Below are positions 52,757 through 64,000 of a DNA stretch of 64,000 bases, piece after piece. The stretch is from Sphyrna mokarran (taxonomy: Eukaryota). The stretch covers positions 62,000,001 to 62,064,000 of the forward strand of contig JAGIQG010000009.1 in assembly GCA_024679065.1 (NCBI GenBank), in the 5' to 3' direction. The position numbers were made by a program, and so were the translations under genes. Under the pieces are notes generated by a model, which searched no databases, had not been told where the DNA came from, and worked only from the letters and a program-made list of their open reading frames with translations. Each line of letters starts with the position of its first letter. The first letter of the stretch is position 1.

Positions 52757-53612
52757 AACTCGAAATGTTGGGTCTATTCTTTCTTCACAGATACTTCAAA
52801 CCTGCTAAGATTTTCCAGCATTTTCTGTTTTTGTTAAGGATTCATTGAAAATGAATTATCTTAAGAGTTGATCCCAATTGGACTGGATCATAATCCCTTT
52901 GATCTCAACCATTTACCTCAGCTTTTCACAGAGTTCATGCTGGGCTTACCCACTTTAGGGTTGGGGCTCCCACTTCACAAAGAGAACAACCTCTTCTGTT
53001 TGCCACGGGTCCCCGGTAATACTGCTTGCATTATCAGCTGAACATCACCCGCGTCTCCAGGAATTCCAACTGACTTCACAGAACGCACACATCTTTTACT
53101 GAATGTTTTCCTTCACTGAGTTATATATTTTCATGTAATGAAATTGCTACAGAAAATAAACTTTGGATTTGTCTTTAAAAACAGCTCTCCTCCCTTATTC
53201 TACACATGTGCCAGATGGCACTGTCATATATGTCAGATGATGATAATGAAATGCTTGTGGTAACCTTTTTAAATAGGCAGACTGATAAAGCAAATGTGCT
53301 TTGCTGGTATTTCAGATAGTTTTGGGAGCTTGCTGCCAAAACAAATATTTAAAAGCATCAAATTGTATGATAGCACATTCAGTGAAGCTCATTCTAGACC
53401 GCTGGAGCTGAGATACAGTTAGGCAATCTTTTTAAATCTGGTATCATATTCTTTAATGCATGATTGCTAACTGAGTTAAGTTCTGTAAAACCCCATCTAT
53501 CTTGCTTTTTCCTTTCTTTTCCCAAAGGCTGCTTCACTTGAAAAGCACTTTAGAAAGGCCTAAATTCATGAAAGGAGTTCTATAAATGGAGAGGTCTTTC
53601 TTCTCTTTGGTT

Positions 53613-53923
53613 TCATAGAATCCATACAGGACAGAAGGAGGCCATTCAGTCATTGAGCCTGTGCCAACAGCTATTCTACCCAGGCCCTATCTGCTTCACC
53701 TTACTTAGTTACCCTGCTAGTCTTCCTGACACTAATGGGCAGTTTAACATGGTCAAACAACCTAACTTGCACAACTTTTGGACTGACGAGAGGAGGAATC
53801 AGAGAACCAGAGGAAAGCCATACAGACACGGGGAAAATATGCAAACTCCACACAGACAGTGATCCGAGGCCAGAATTGAACCCGGGTCCCTGGCACTGAG
53901 AGATCAGTGCCTCTGTGCTGCTC
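53613..53923 (-). mobile_element. HE1-like V-SINE
   Basis: Core match. Confidence 0.88.
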
Positions 53924-54457
53924 CATTAAGCGGCCGCAACAAGCCCTTCAATTTCCCACAATCTTCTGAGACCTGGAGGCTTACATAGATGTAAATCAAA
54001 TGATCATAATTTCATATCCAGCAGATAAAAAACTGACCACAATTCATTGAATATCAGTCAGTGCCATTTACAAAACTGTGGACCAGAAATTATATTTTTT
54101 ACAAGAAACTTTAGTTCTGTGCAAAATTGAGATAAAGACTTAACAAAGGTACAATCACTTTCCTCATCTATTCATACTTGGAGTTTCCAAATCATTATCA
54201 TTATGAACTGCCTTTCTAATCATCCTTCCTATAATACATGCATTGAGATAGAATGAGAAATACAAGATAGTTTCATTTTTTGTTCATATTTTGTAAAGAA
54301 TTTTCTGTCAGAATATCTACTAAATTGGAACAATTTACAGAACTCAAGGCAGATTAGTAACATTTAAAGACATTCAACTTTAACTGATTGTTTCACAGAG
54401 GTGGCATGGGATTTTACAGCCTCGCTCAAACCGAGACTGGAAAATCCCACCCAAGAT

Positions 54458-54630
54458 ACAACACCAGGTTAAAGTGCAACAGGCTTATTTGGTAGCAAAA
54501 GCCACTAGCTTTTGGAGTGCTGGCTGGTCCTTTATCAGGATCCCAATCGCCTGACAAAGAGGCAGCCAGCGTTCCGAAGGCTTTTGCTACCAAATAAACC
54601 TGTCGGACTTTAACCTGGTGTTGTGAGACT
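54458..54630. mobile_element. Foldback Penelope-like element (family A)
   Basis: acaacaccaggttaaagt...ttatttggtagcaaaagcc / ggcttttgctaccaaataaacctg...ctttaacctggtgttgt; ctgacaaag...ccgaag core remnant. Confidence 0.85.
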
Positions 54631-54865
54631 ACAATTTCACAGACAGTGCTCACTCTTTTGTATTATGCACAAGTGATTATTAGTAATGCCTTGACTTTAA
54701 GGCTTAGGTTTTCAATTTTTTTTAAAACAGCAAGAGTAAGACATTAAAAATGCCTGAAGTTACTGCTGGTGACATAACTGGGGAACTTAAAAGCTTATCC
54801 ACTTGTGAAGAGTCTCAAAGGCCAGTTCTAATTCATACTTAAGAACTTAAAGATTTCACCATTGG

Positions 54866-55220
54866 CGCACAGCAGCTACAGTGTTTACCATCTACAAGAT
54901 ACAGCAACTCACCCACTCTCCATTTTCAGAACCCGCCAAACCCCCGATTTCTACCACTCAGAAAAACAAGAGCGACAGGTGCGTAGGAACAACACCACCT
55001 GCAACTTCCACTCCATGCCAGATATCATCCAGACTTGGAACTATATTGTTGTCCTTTCACTATTACTGGAGAAAGATCTTATAACTCTTGCCTAACTGCA
55101 CTGTGGGTATACCTACACCACACATACACTTCAGCGGTTCAAGAAAGCAGCTCGCCACCACTTTTTCAAGAGCGATTGGAGATGGGCAATAAATATTGAC
55201 CTTGCCAGTGATGTTCACAT
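54866..55220 (+). mobile_element. L2/CR1-group LINE 3' end sharing its tail with the SINE at 18 kb
   Basis: accatctacaagat...cagcggttcaagaaagcagctcgccaccac...gatgggcaataaat. Confidence 0.8.
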
Positions 55221-56599
55221 CCCAGTAATGGAATAACATTTGATAGCTGGTGATTCTTTATGCTGCTGAGCTGGTGGCTCATTGATGAGATTTTGAGACT
55301 TGTGCTATTTAGAATTAAACACCTTTATTGATAGACCTTAACTATATTATTGTAAGCATGGTCTGACACGGTGTCGTTATTCCCACCATGCAGGTTAACT
55401 GATTACCAAGAATGTTCTCGGACCAAGTGACTACATACATCACACAATGGGCAGTGTTGCTGTCCAGTCCCATGTTAAGCATCTTTACATTCTCATGCGT
55501 GCAGTCACATATCTCCACAGCCCCCAGCTTCTCAAGGGCAATAAATATTGGCCATGCCCAGCAATGCTCACATTCCAGTAATTGAAAATGAAATTGGGGA
55601 GTTGGGAATTCTGACTAATTTTCAATTCACCAACCAAGGGACAGTGCCCGCATGTTGTATATTTAAAAAAGAACTGATCGCATGATTTAATGTTAATGGC
55701 ATAAGGGTGGCAGAGGCTACAAATCTCTTAATGGCTGCTAGCTCTTGCAAGTGGCAAAAAATAGGTTTTGCATTGGCAAGATTCCAGAATGTGATCTCCC
55801 TCAGCCCCCTCTGATGATGCAATCAGGTTCATGCCCAGGAAAGTGATGAGCCTGATTAGTGTAGATTATATTAAAATATTACTAACACGCTTAACGCCAC
55901 TACTACCTCCCCCAAAACGATCATACTATGCAGCCGGCAAGACATCACACCGGCGCAAATCATTGCATGTTCTCAAAAACCAAATCTAGCCTTAATGACT
56001 ACATTGGCAGCACACAGGTAAGAAAAATCCCCAGGTGGTGAGGAACATGCTCAGGGAGTGCCATCTCACATGCCTTCCTGGCAGTGCCAATAATTTAATG
56101 ACAAATCAGCTTCAGCATTCACAAAGAAACTGACTTGATGGTGTTAAGGCGACAACTTAGCTTCAGAGGCGCCCCTAGGTTAGTCACAGAGTGATACTGG
56201 TCGCATGGCGTAACATTCTTCAGTAAGCATTGACATGGGAGATCTGTTAGGTTAAAAAGCTATAACAGTTTTTTTTAAGTCTATTGATGAGGAGTGTGTT
56301 TGTTCCAGCTGTAAGTGCCAGGGCCAATTGCTGCCAGAACTGTTACTTCTCACCCAGCATCTAACTATATTCTTTCTCCTCAGCAGTTACAGGTGGCAAA
56401 GAAGTCTTTTCTTGGAAATCAGTTCTTTCTTTTAAGTATTATACTTAAAACCACTACTTAGGCAAACAGAGAGAAAATGTGCAACACAATGATGCAGCCT
56501 TTCCTGTCAGAGGTTGTCCAAGGGATTCTGCAGATGCAATTTGCCTCTTCACACAGCCTGCCATGTTTTGGAGGTGGGTGGGGGCGGGGGCAGCCTGCG

Positions 56600-56731
56600 A
56601 TTGGCCAGCAGCAGGTTTTTCCAGTCCCATTGCTGTCAACTGGGCTTCCAGTTGTTCGCACTCCCATGAAAGGGGTTCACTGTCGGCAAGACGGGAAGAT
56701 CCCAGCAGCAGGAATGGCCGGGAAAATCCTG
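56600..56731. mobile_element. MITE
   Basis: caggtttttcc...ggaaaatcctg. Confidence 0.55.
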
Positions 56732-57374
56732 TTTAGTTTCTGCTGGGTAATGGCTTCAGGTTGTAAGATGTTGCTTGATAAGAATAGATCAGAGAATCCA
56801 TCCAGCTCACATCTTGGGTCACAGGCAGTTCCATTCTGCAATCTTCACACTCAAGAAATGCAGCAAATCATACAGGACAGCACAACCAGCTAAACCTAAC
56901 AGTCATACATTCGGAAAGCAGCCATTCTTCAGAACAAAATAAGAACTAAATTTATCTTGTTTAAAAACAATGACAACATTTTATTGAACTATTTATTTTA
57001 CATATTGCTGGTCAAATGCATAAACTGGTTTTTTCATTTACATTATTACAAAGATGAAGAGCTTGAGCATACTCAATGGAGAGATGATTGCACACACATA
57101 CCGAAAAGGCATTAATTTAGGAAACAAGTTATTTTAAAACCGATTGCTTCAATGAACCAAAGCGTAACAAATGCAAATAGCACTGTTGTAATTTGCAGCT
57201 GTAAGGATATTAAACCAGCATTTTTGGACAGCATTTTTCTCAACAATCCTGATTGTGCTAACACGTACCCTGACAAGCAATTCAAAATTAATACTCTGAG
57301 CTTGCAATATTGTACGTCTATGGATGTTATAAGCTACATTTTCAGTACACAAAATTTGCAAACTGAAAGAACAT

Positions 57375-57712
57375 GTACAAACATTGCCTAAACAAAATAC
57401 TGACAGCCAGCCTCTGGTTCATTCCCCAAGGCACTTTGACCAGAGTCAACCTGCCTGATTTGAATGTAAACAAAGCTTGGCAGGTAACCATCAGTCATCA
57501 GTTAACTGCTACATTCATCATGGCAACACCTCTATCAGAGTCCACTTGCCAACTATGCAACACCCCCACTGATCAGAATCCACTTACCAATAAATTGGCA
57601 CTCTCTTCTCATGAAATACAAATTGTTGCTCCCTTTATATCTGATATCTTTGCAAATTGTCCTAATGAGTGCAAGACAAAAAGCTTCAACATGAGTCTTT
57701 CTTCAGCAATAT
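57375..57712 (+). mobile_element. Penelope-like 3' end (family C) with mutated hammerhead
   Basis: atcagagtccacttgccaac repeats; gtcctaatgagtgcaagacaaaaagcttcaac, read as a decayed CUGAUGA...GAAA. Confidence 0.7.
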
Positions 57713-57951
57713 TCCAGTTCTGTACTTCCAAATGACTACTAATATTTAAACGATAATTCCAAATTAATTAAAAATATATATAGCAATGTAGCAGAATATT
57801 TATTCAAGTTATTTAAAGGTAGTGCAAATTATATGTAGATCCTCTTTAGTGTTATACAAGTTGGTTTATACAAAATATAAGTCAGATGACATGAGCATTG
57901 GGATTCATGACACTTATTTACAAATGTTTACAGGCCAGGATTAACGTACTT

Positions 57952-58154
57952 CATAGAATCCATATGTTGAGGAAAAGCCATTCGGTCCATAAAGTCCACA
58001 CCAACTCTCTGACAGAGCATCTTATCCAGGTCCTCTCTACCACCTATTCCAGTAACTACACACATTCCCCATGGCTAACCGCCCTGACATATATATCTTT
58101 GGACACTAAGGGGTAATTTAGCATGGTCAATCCAGTTTACCTGCACAGCTTTGG
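57952..58154 (-). mobile_element. HE1-like V-SINE, 5'-truncated
   Basis: Tail plus partial core. Confidence 0.8.
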
Positions 58155-58289
58155 TTGATTACCTTGATTAACATCCTTGCTGCTGGACTTCATATTCACC
58201 CTTCTATTTGACACCATTTCTAGCCCTAGGGCCTAAACAGTCAAGAAAGACAAGAGAATTAAGATCACTGGGAATAGCACCTTCTCCAG

Positions 58290-58990
58290 AGAAATGGAGC
58301 ACAAAATCTAAGCTGACACTTCAATGTGGTGCTGAAGCAATGTTGCATTGCTGGAGGAGCCGTTATTTATAATGAGCTGTTAAACCAATGGCCCAGTCTG
58401 CCCTCCCAGGTGAACATAAAATAGTACCATTTCACAGGAAGTTCATCCAGCATTTAAGCGGCAGATCTAAAAATGATGATCTGATCATCAGTGCTTATTT
58501 TATCAGCACACTGTGGCATAGTGATCAGCACTGCTGCCTTATAGCTCCAAGGACCGAGGTTTGATTCCCGGCTTGGGTGATTGTCTATGTGGAGTTTGCA
58601 TGTTCTCCCTGTGTCTGCATGGGTTTCCTCCAGGTGTTCAGGTTTCCTCTCTCAGTTCAAAGATATGCAGGTTAGGTTGATTGGCCATGTTAAATTGCCC
58701 CTCAGTGTCTCAGGATGTGTATATTAGAGGGATTAGCAAGGTAAATAATTGGGATTAGAGGGATAAGGCCAGGGTGGAATTGTTGTCTGTGCAGACTTGA
58801 TGGGCCAAGTGGTCTCCTGCATTGTCTGAATCCTATGATCATCACCATATTGCCATTTGTGCGAGTTTGCTATGTGCAAATTGGTCATCGTACTTCCCTG
58901 AGAACACTGACACTTCAAATGCAGTTCATTGATTTTAAGAACATTTGAATGTTTCCTGAGATCATTAAAAAGTGCTAAATGGAAGTTCTT
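58290..58990 (+). mobile_element. Deu-domain SINE split by HE1
   Basis: ctaagctgacacttcaatg...taaaccaatggcccagtctgccctc; resumes tttgtgcgagtttgctatgtgcaaattgg. Confidence 0.7.
58506..58839 (+). mobile_element. HE1-like V-SINE
   Basis: Full-length match. Confidence 0.92.
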
Positions 58991-59151
58991 CTCCTCTCCA
59001 CCTCCCCCCCCACCCTTGCCCCCCAGGATCATTCAAGATTACTTTCAAAATCAGGGATACAAATTTTCCTCACCTCTGCAAGGCTATGCAAGGACAACCT
59101 ATTGTCCTTGCATTAGGGATCATTTCTCCTTGTGGCCCTAATATCGTCATA

Positions 59152-59215
59152 TAATCCCTTCAGTGCAGAAGGTGGGCCGTTTGGCCCATCGAGTCTGCAC
59201 CGACTCTCTCTGAGA
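59152..59215 (-). mobile_element. HE1/HER1 tail fragment
   Basis: cagtgcagaagg...cccatcgagtctgcaccgactct. Confidence 0.75.
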
Positions 59216-60149
59216 GGGTACAGTAACAGGTTCTTTCTCTGATGGGGATCCCAAATGGGAAGCATGACAACTACAAACTCAGATGAATGCTGTATCTAAT
59301 TTTCCTATTGGGAATTTAAGTGGTCAGAAAATAATGCAGGCAGGGAGTTTGTCCAAATTTTTAATAGATATTCCCTATGGGCAAAACCCCTCACAAGAGG
59401 CATCAAGTGCTGCCAATCACCCTTATGTCACAAGTTGACGTTCCTTCACAAGAGGCCAGAAGAGTCCAAGTAAAGCAGGGTATGTTGGCAAACTGGATTC
59501 TATTTGAACAGTGGATTTGAACCTCTTTAAAACCGCTTAAGTCTAAAACGAAAGACGGAGGAAAGCCAAAATTAAATGAAACAGCAATTCCAGCTGGGAT
59601 TCAAACCAAAAATATGATCAAGATTAACATCTTTCATCCGTTTTTTTACATTTGGTTGGCCTGAGTTTTTTTTTCATCTTCCCGCCCAGTTATACTCAGT
59701 CACCCTCCTTCAGCCAGGAAGGTGAACTAGTCTGTTACTATAAGCAATGGGCTTCTCCTGGTCATTAAGGGCTGGCTGGCAGGAGCTATAATTCAAGTCA
59801 GACAGACTGCAATCAGTCTCTCCCACCGGCCCCTCCCCCCACTAAATGGAGCACTGACTTCTGTGTGTTATTTGATCTAGAGGCACTGGTCTGAGTCCAG
59901 ACAAAACAGACCCAAGTTCAAGTGCAAGGCCGCCTAAAGATCTGAACTCACAGCCTTACATCTGGGAGTCAAATACTCATGGCTGAGCCTCCAGCTTGAA
60001 ATAATTCATCTCAGTAACTCATTGTTAAACATGTTCAGGCAACAGAATAATTTAGAGTCAAGGTTCAAAATGGCTGAGGCTGGTTTAGATAACTTCTATT
60101 CCTTTAAGCTATTCAACTTCGCTGCTTTTATGTTGTGTAGATTTTAACA

Positions 60150-61330
60150 ATGGTACAAAAAAAAGCAGGGACCGAAAACAGGCTATCCCTGTAATCGCTT
60201 GTAAAAGCCGTTTCTGCCTGTAGAAGGAATTTAACCGTGCTGATTCTGAATGCTCTGGAATTGCTTTATAACTTATTGCTGGAATGTGACCCGAACTCCC
60301 ACTGAAACACACCAGACAAGAAGGCAGAGTCACGTTCCACGGTTTTGTGCAGCTTCTTGTTTGAACTTGGCATGCGTCTGCCACTGAGGAATGTTCCTGT
60401 AGATAGGCGACAGTGATTTGTCAGGGTAGTTGTAAAAGACAATACAGTCGCAGACTGACAGTAATCTATGGCGAGTGGAGCTCTGGGTTGACAATGCTGC
60501 TGGAAATGAGCTCACTCACAGCGCCAATTCAACGCTCTGCACTTTAAGAATATCATCACATGGAGAAATTTTTATTTTTTTTTCGCTAACGCAGACAGTT
60601 GGATCTTAATGAACGAAAAGCGCCAGGCGTACAGCGGATGGAACCGATCTGTGCCTGGTTCTGCCCCGGGGCGTGTGTCTGCTACAGTAATGAAAACAGC
60701 TCCAGCACAAGCACATCTGGGGAGATGCCTGCTTCTTTTCATTTTGCTTTATCTGTCAGCATCCCCCACCCCCTAGCCCTTCAGAGACGCCCCCTCCTCC
60801 ACCAAGGCGGAAAAAAAAGTGTTTACTAACTAACTATAATCCGGTCACTTGTGCAACCAGTCCAGGGCGAGATCCAACAGCTTGATAAATTCTGCTGGGG
60901 TGTGCTTCCGAGAGGGCGAAGAATTAACGGTCAGAGGAAGTGCTCGACACCTGCAGAATGGCGAACGATTCGTTACACAAAGAGCATATTGAGCAAAACA
61001 GATTTAAAGATACAGAGCCTCTTTGTGTGCCCGCATAAAGTTGCACATTGTTAAAAAGGGTCAGCGCTCAAAGCCTACATGGCAGTCTCGTCTCTTTCAC
61101 CATTCTTCATTTTTTTTAAAAAAAGGGACAAATTCAGTGAGATAAGCTGGAGGAACCACGCAGTGACTGTGCCAAGGCAACAACATCCTCCACAGAATGC
61201 CTGTGTAAAATAATTCTTTCACAGCGTTGCTGTTAAATATTCATGGTCCGAAGGGCTTTTACTGCTAGACTGTCCACGAGGAAACCACAGCTACGGAGTT
61301 GGTACACATTCTGGGGAAGCGATTACACAG
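60150..61330. promoter_or_regulatory. CpG-enriched unique block, promoter/enhancer-like
   Basis: Visibly more CpG than flanking DNA and repeat-free. Confidence 0.35.
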
Positions 61331-61687
61331 GGGGGGAAAAAAATCTTTCCTCATGATCTTTGGCAACTTTGGAACAAAATGAGATCAGCTCAAACGAATA
61401 CTTTCAAGGGAGGTTAGAAGTAAGGGTTTGGTTTCGAAACCAAATTGTTTATTCATTAGCTGTAAATTGTAGGAACAGAGTTGGTCGTTCAGTCCCTCTC
61501 CGCAACATAACTCATAACCTGTTCACAGATCCAGTGCGTTATTATAATGAATGTTGCAATAACTTAACCAATGCACTTTTAAGTATCACAATGCTTTTCA
61601 TTTGCATTTGTTTCACAACAGGATAGGGTCTCTGCTAAAACCGTCCACTGTTTGACTAGGGTGAGCAACACAATTCAGGATGTTCGT

Positions 61688-61970
61688 AGAATCCCTACAG
61701 TGCAGAAAGAGGCCAGTTGGCCCTTCCAGCCTGCACTGACAACAATACTACCCCACCTATTTACCTTGCTAATGTCCCTGAAGCAATTTAGCATGGCCAA
61801 TCAACGTAACCTGCACATCTTTGGACTGTGGGGGGAAACCAGAACATCTGGAGAAAACCCACGCAGACACAGGGACAACATGCAAACTCCACACATACAG
61901 TGACCTGAGGTCGGAATTGAACCCAGGTCTCTGGAGCTGTAAGACTGCAGTGCTAACCATTGTGCCACCG
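61688..61970 (-). mobile_element. HE1-like V-SINE
   Basis: Core match. Confidence 0.92.
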
Positions 61971-62954
61971 TACTTCATCCAGTTAAAAAGCCTGCCTAAT
62001 AGGCTGGCACTACTTTCACTATTATTGAGTTGATTTTGGTTTTCGATAATTCTGCTTTTGTGGCAGTTGGGTAAATCTAACATTTTTTATGTTGATTGTG
62101 ATGGAGAACAAACTGATACAATGTATTAAAATGGTTTCAAATAAGCTGCATGTGTGCCTTGCTAAATGAATGCAATATATACGTGTGTGTAGATTTTTGA
62201 ATATATATATTCACAGACAAAAAACTTTGCTGATTGATCTTAAAAGCAGTTGAACACAGCTGTTGAACTGTTTATGCCACCATGTGAATTTGTATGATGT
62301 ATCAACAGTATAAATCTTCTGCAACGACCAGTTTAAGTTACATTGTGATTGATCTTACACCTGTTAAAATAAATGATAGCGCAGCAGCAAATGCCTCCAG
62401 TTTGGGCTCAGCAACCTCATAGCCCCAATGACTCTGATGGTTGGACCTTAGAGGTTTTCATAGGCCTACCACTGGGCATTCAAAACATTGACCAAAACAT
62501 TTAGGTAGCTGGTTGTAAAATTCATAAAGAAGTCCAGAGGCTTGTATGGTTAAACAAAGTGTTTATTAATAACACAAAACTATATGCACACACACAATCT
62601 TATCTTCATTTCAATTTCTACCAGACTCACTCCTACACGCTACTACTCCCATGTGACTATATATCATAATGTGGGCAGTAGTCTTCTCAATTCCACATCA
62701 ACCTTTACTGCTCCGAACATTCTAATACTAACAGCCCTGTTTTAATACCATGCACTCGGGCCTCTTATTGATACTTTAGGATACAACTGGTCAGCCATTG
62801 CACCATTCAGCAACAGCAATTAGTTTTGTGAAGCTGGGAGGAAGTCTGAGCAGCTGTTTAGAAGTCCTTTTACAAAATGAGTTGCTTGCCTCTCTCTGGG
62901 TCCTTATTGAGCCCCCTTCCACCTTCCCCCCTTTGATTCCATGTTCATGGAATC

Positions 62955-63218
62955 AACGAATGTTGATTCTACAGTGCAGAAGAGGCCACTCAGTCCATCA
63001 ATTTGCACCAACTCTCTGATTCTCTGAAAGAGCACCTTACCCAGGCCTATCCCATACATTTACCATGGCTAATCCATCTAATTTACACATTCTGGGACAC
63101 CAAAAGACAATTTATCAGGGCCAATCCACCTAACCTGTACAACAGTGAGAGGAGACCAGAGCACTGAGAGGAAACTCACAGAGACATGGGGAAAACATGC
63201 AAACTCCACACAGACAGT
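62955..63218 (-). mobile_element. HE1-like V-SINE
   Basis: Tail and core match. Confidence 0.85.
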
Positions 63219-64000
63219 TTGATTTCCAACTCTTTAAAACATTATTCCAAGAATATTTTGGAATGAGGAGGAACAGGAATTCCAATTCCCCATTTTGGCA
63301 CTACTCCCTTTCCCAGAGCGTACTCAATGCCCCCTCCCCTCGTCATCTAAATGGTCTAAACATTAATCCTGGAAAAGGCTAATCTCCCTGTGGAAGTAAA
63401 CTTGCCTGGAATATTTAAAATGAGGCTAAAACCCTATCTCCTTTCTGCCCTCAGGCCATAGACCCCCTTGCTTAGCTGTATATTGCTGCTCCAAAGTATA
63501 CATCTTTAATGCTGATCTTAAAACAGTGTTTACACTTATCTGGATGAGAGATTCTTGCTCCATACTGCTCTAATCATTTGCAGGTCAGGGCCTTTCTAAT
63601 GTATTTGATCAAATTCCCGCAAAAGGATGCCAGATTTTTCTTGAAACTGAAGCTCTAGATTTCTTCGAGGCACAAATGCATCTCCCTGCAGTGATGGTTG
63701 CTCTGAGCTTCTCAGAATAATTGTAACCATCCCTCAGTAATGGCAGTTGCAAAATTCCTAGACTAACTCTCAGATTTCCCTATAATTGATGCTATAAGCT
63801 TCCTGTGTTTCAGCCTCTCTAGACGGTCTCTATGGTTACAACTTCAAATTTCCCCACACCATTAAACTTTCAATGCTTCTAATTTCCTACAGTAAGGCAA
63901 CAAAAGATTACTGGATAGGGACATACCAGGCTTTCTGTATAGCTAATCTCCTGATTTCCCCAGCTTCCTGTGATGATCTTTCTTTTTCCCTAGTGGACAC

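Larger units (their letters stand above)
52063..52835. mobile_element. Foldback Penelope-like element (family B) split by a CR1 insertion
   Basis: Left arm 52063-52205; right arm about 52222-52252 plus 52757-52835. Confidence 0.8.

Noticed and set aside
57373-57735. 120-aa ORF
   Set aside because: Coincides with a Penelope-type terminal repeat and shows no protein motif.
6347-63382. Many 60-105 aa ORFs with HIFGLWEET / GFPPGAPVS / GRKPEHPEE motifs
   Set aside because: They are translations of HE1-like SINE copies.

Overview
Vertebrate, repeat-rich, mostly non-coding DNA. The repeat complement (many HE1-like V-SINEs, Deu-domain SINEs, CR1/L2 LINE tails, Penelope-type terminal remnants) indicates a shark or other elasmobranch. 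No intact protein-coding gene is visible, and the ORF track is almost entirely repeat-derived or chance. The main finding is a heavily decayed multi-exon gene on the minus strand from about 21.9 kb to the left edge. Manual translation across stops and frameshifts gives, in colinear order, CUB-like, C-type-lectin-like and LDLa-like modules, then a GABA-B-type Venus-flytrap domain and class C GPCR transmembrane motifs, an architecture I do not know from vertebrates. The second theme is seven Penelope-type remnants (five of them foldback hairpins) carrying minimal hammerhead-ribozyme cores. There are also local templated insertions, a filled/empty insertion-site pair, enhancer-like unique blocks at 38-52 kb and a CpG-rich promoter-like block near 60.5-61.3 kb. 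All family and domain calls come from motif recognition by eye, without database searches, and most coordinates are approximate.
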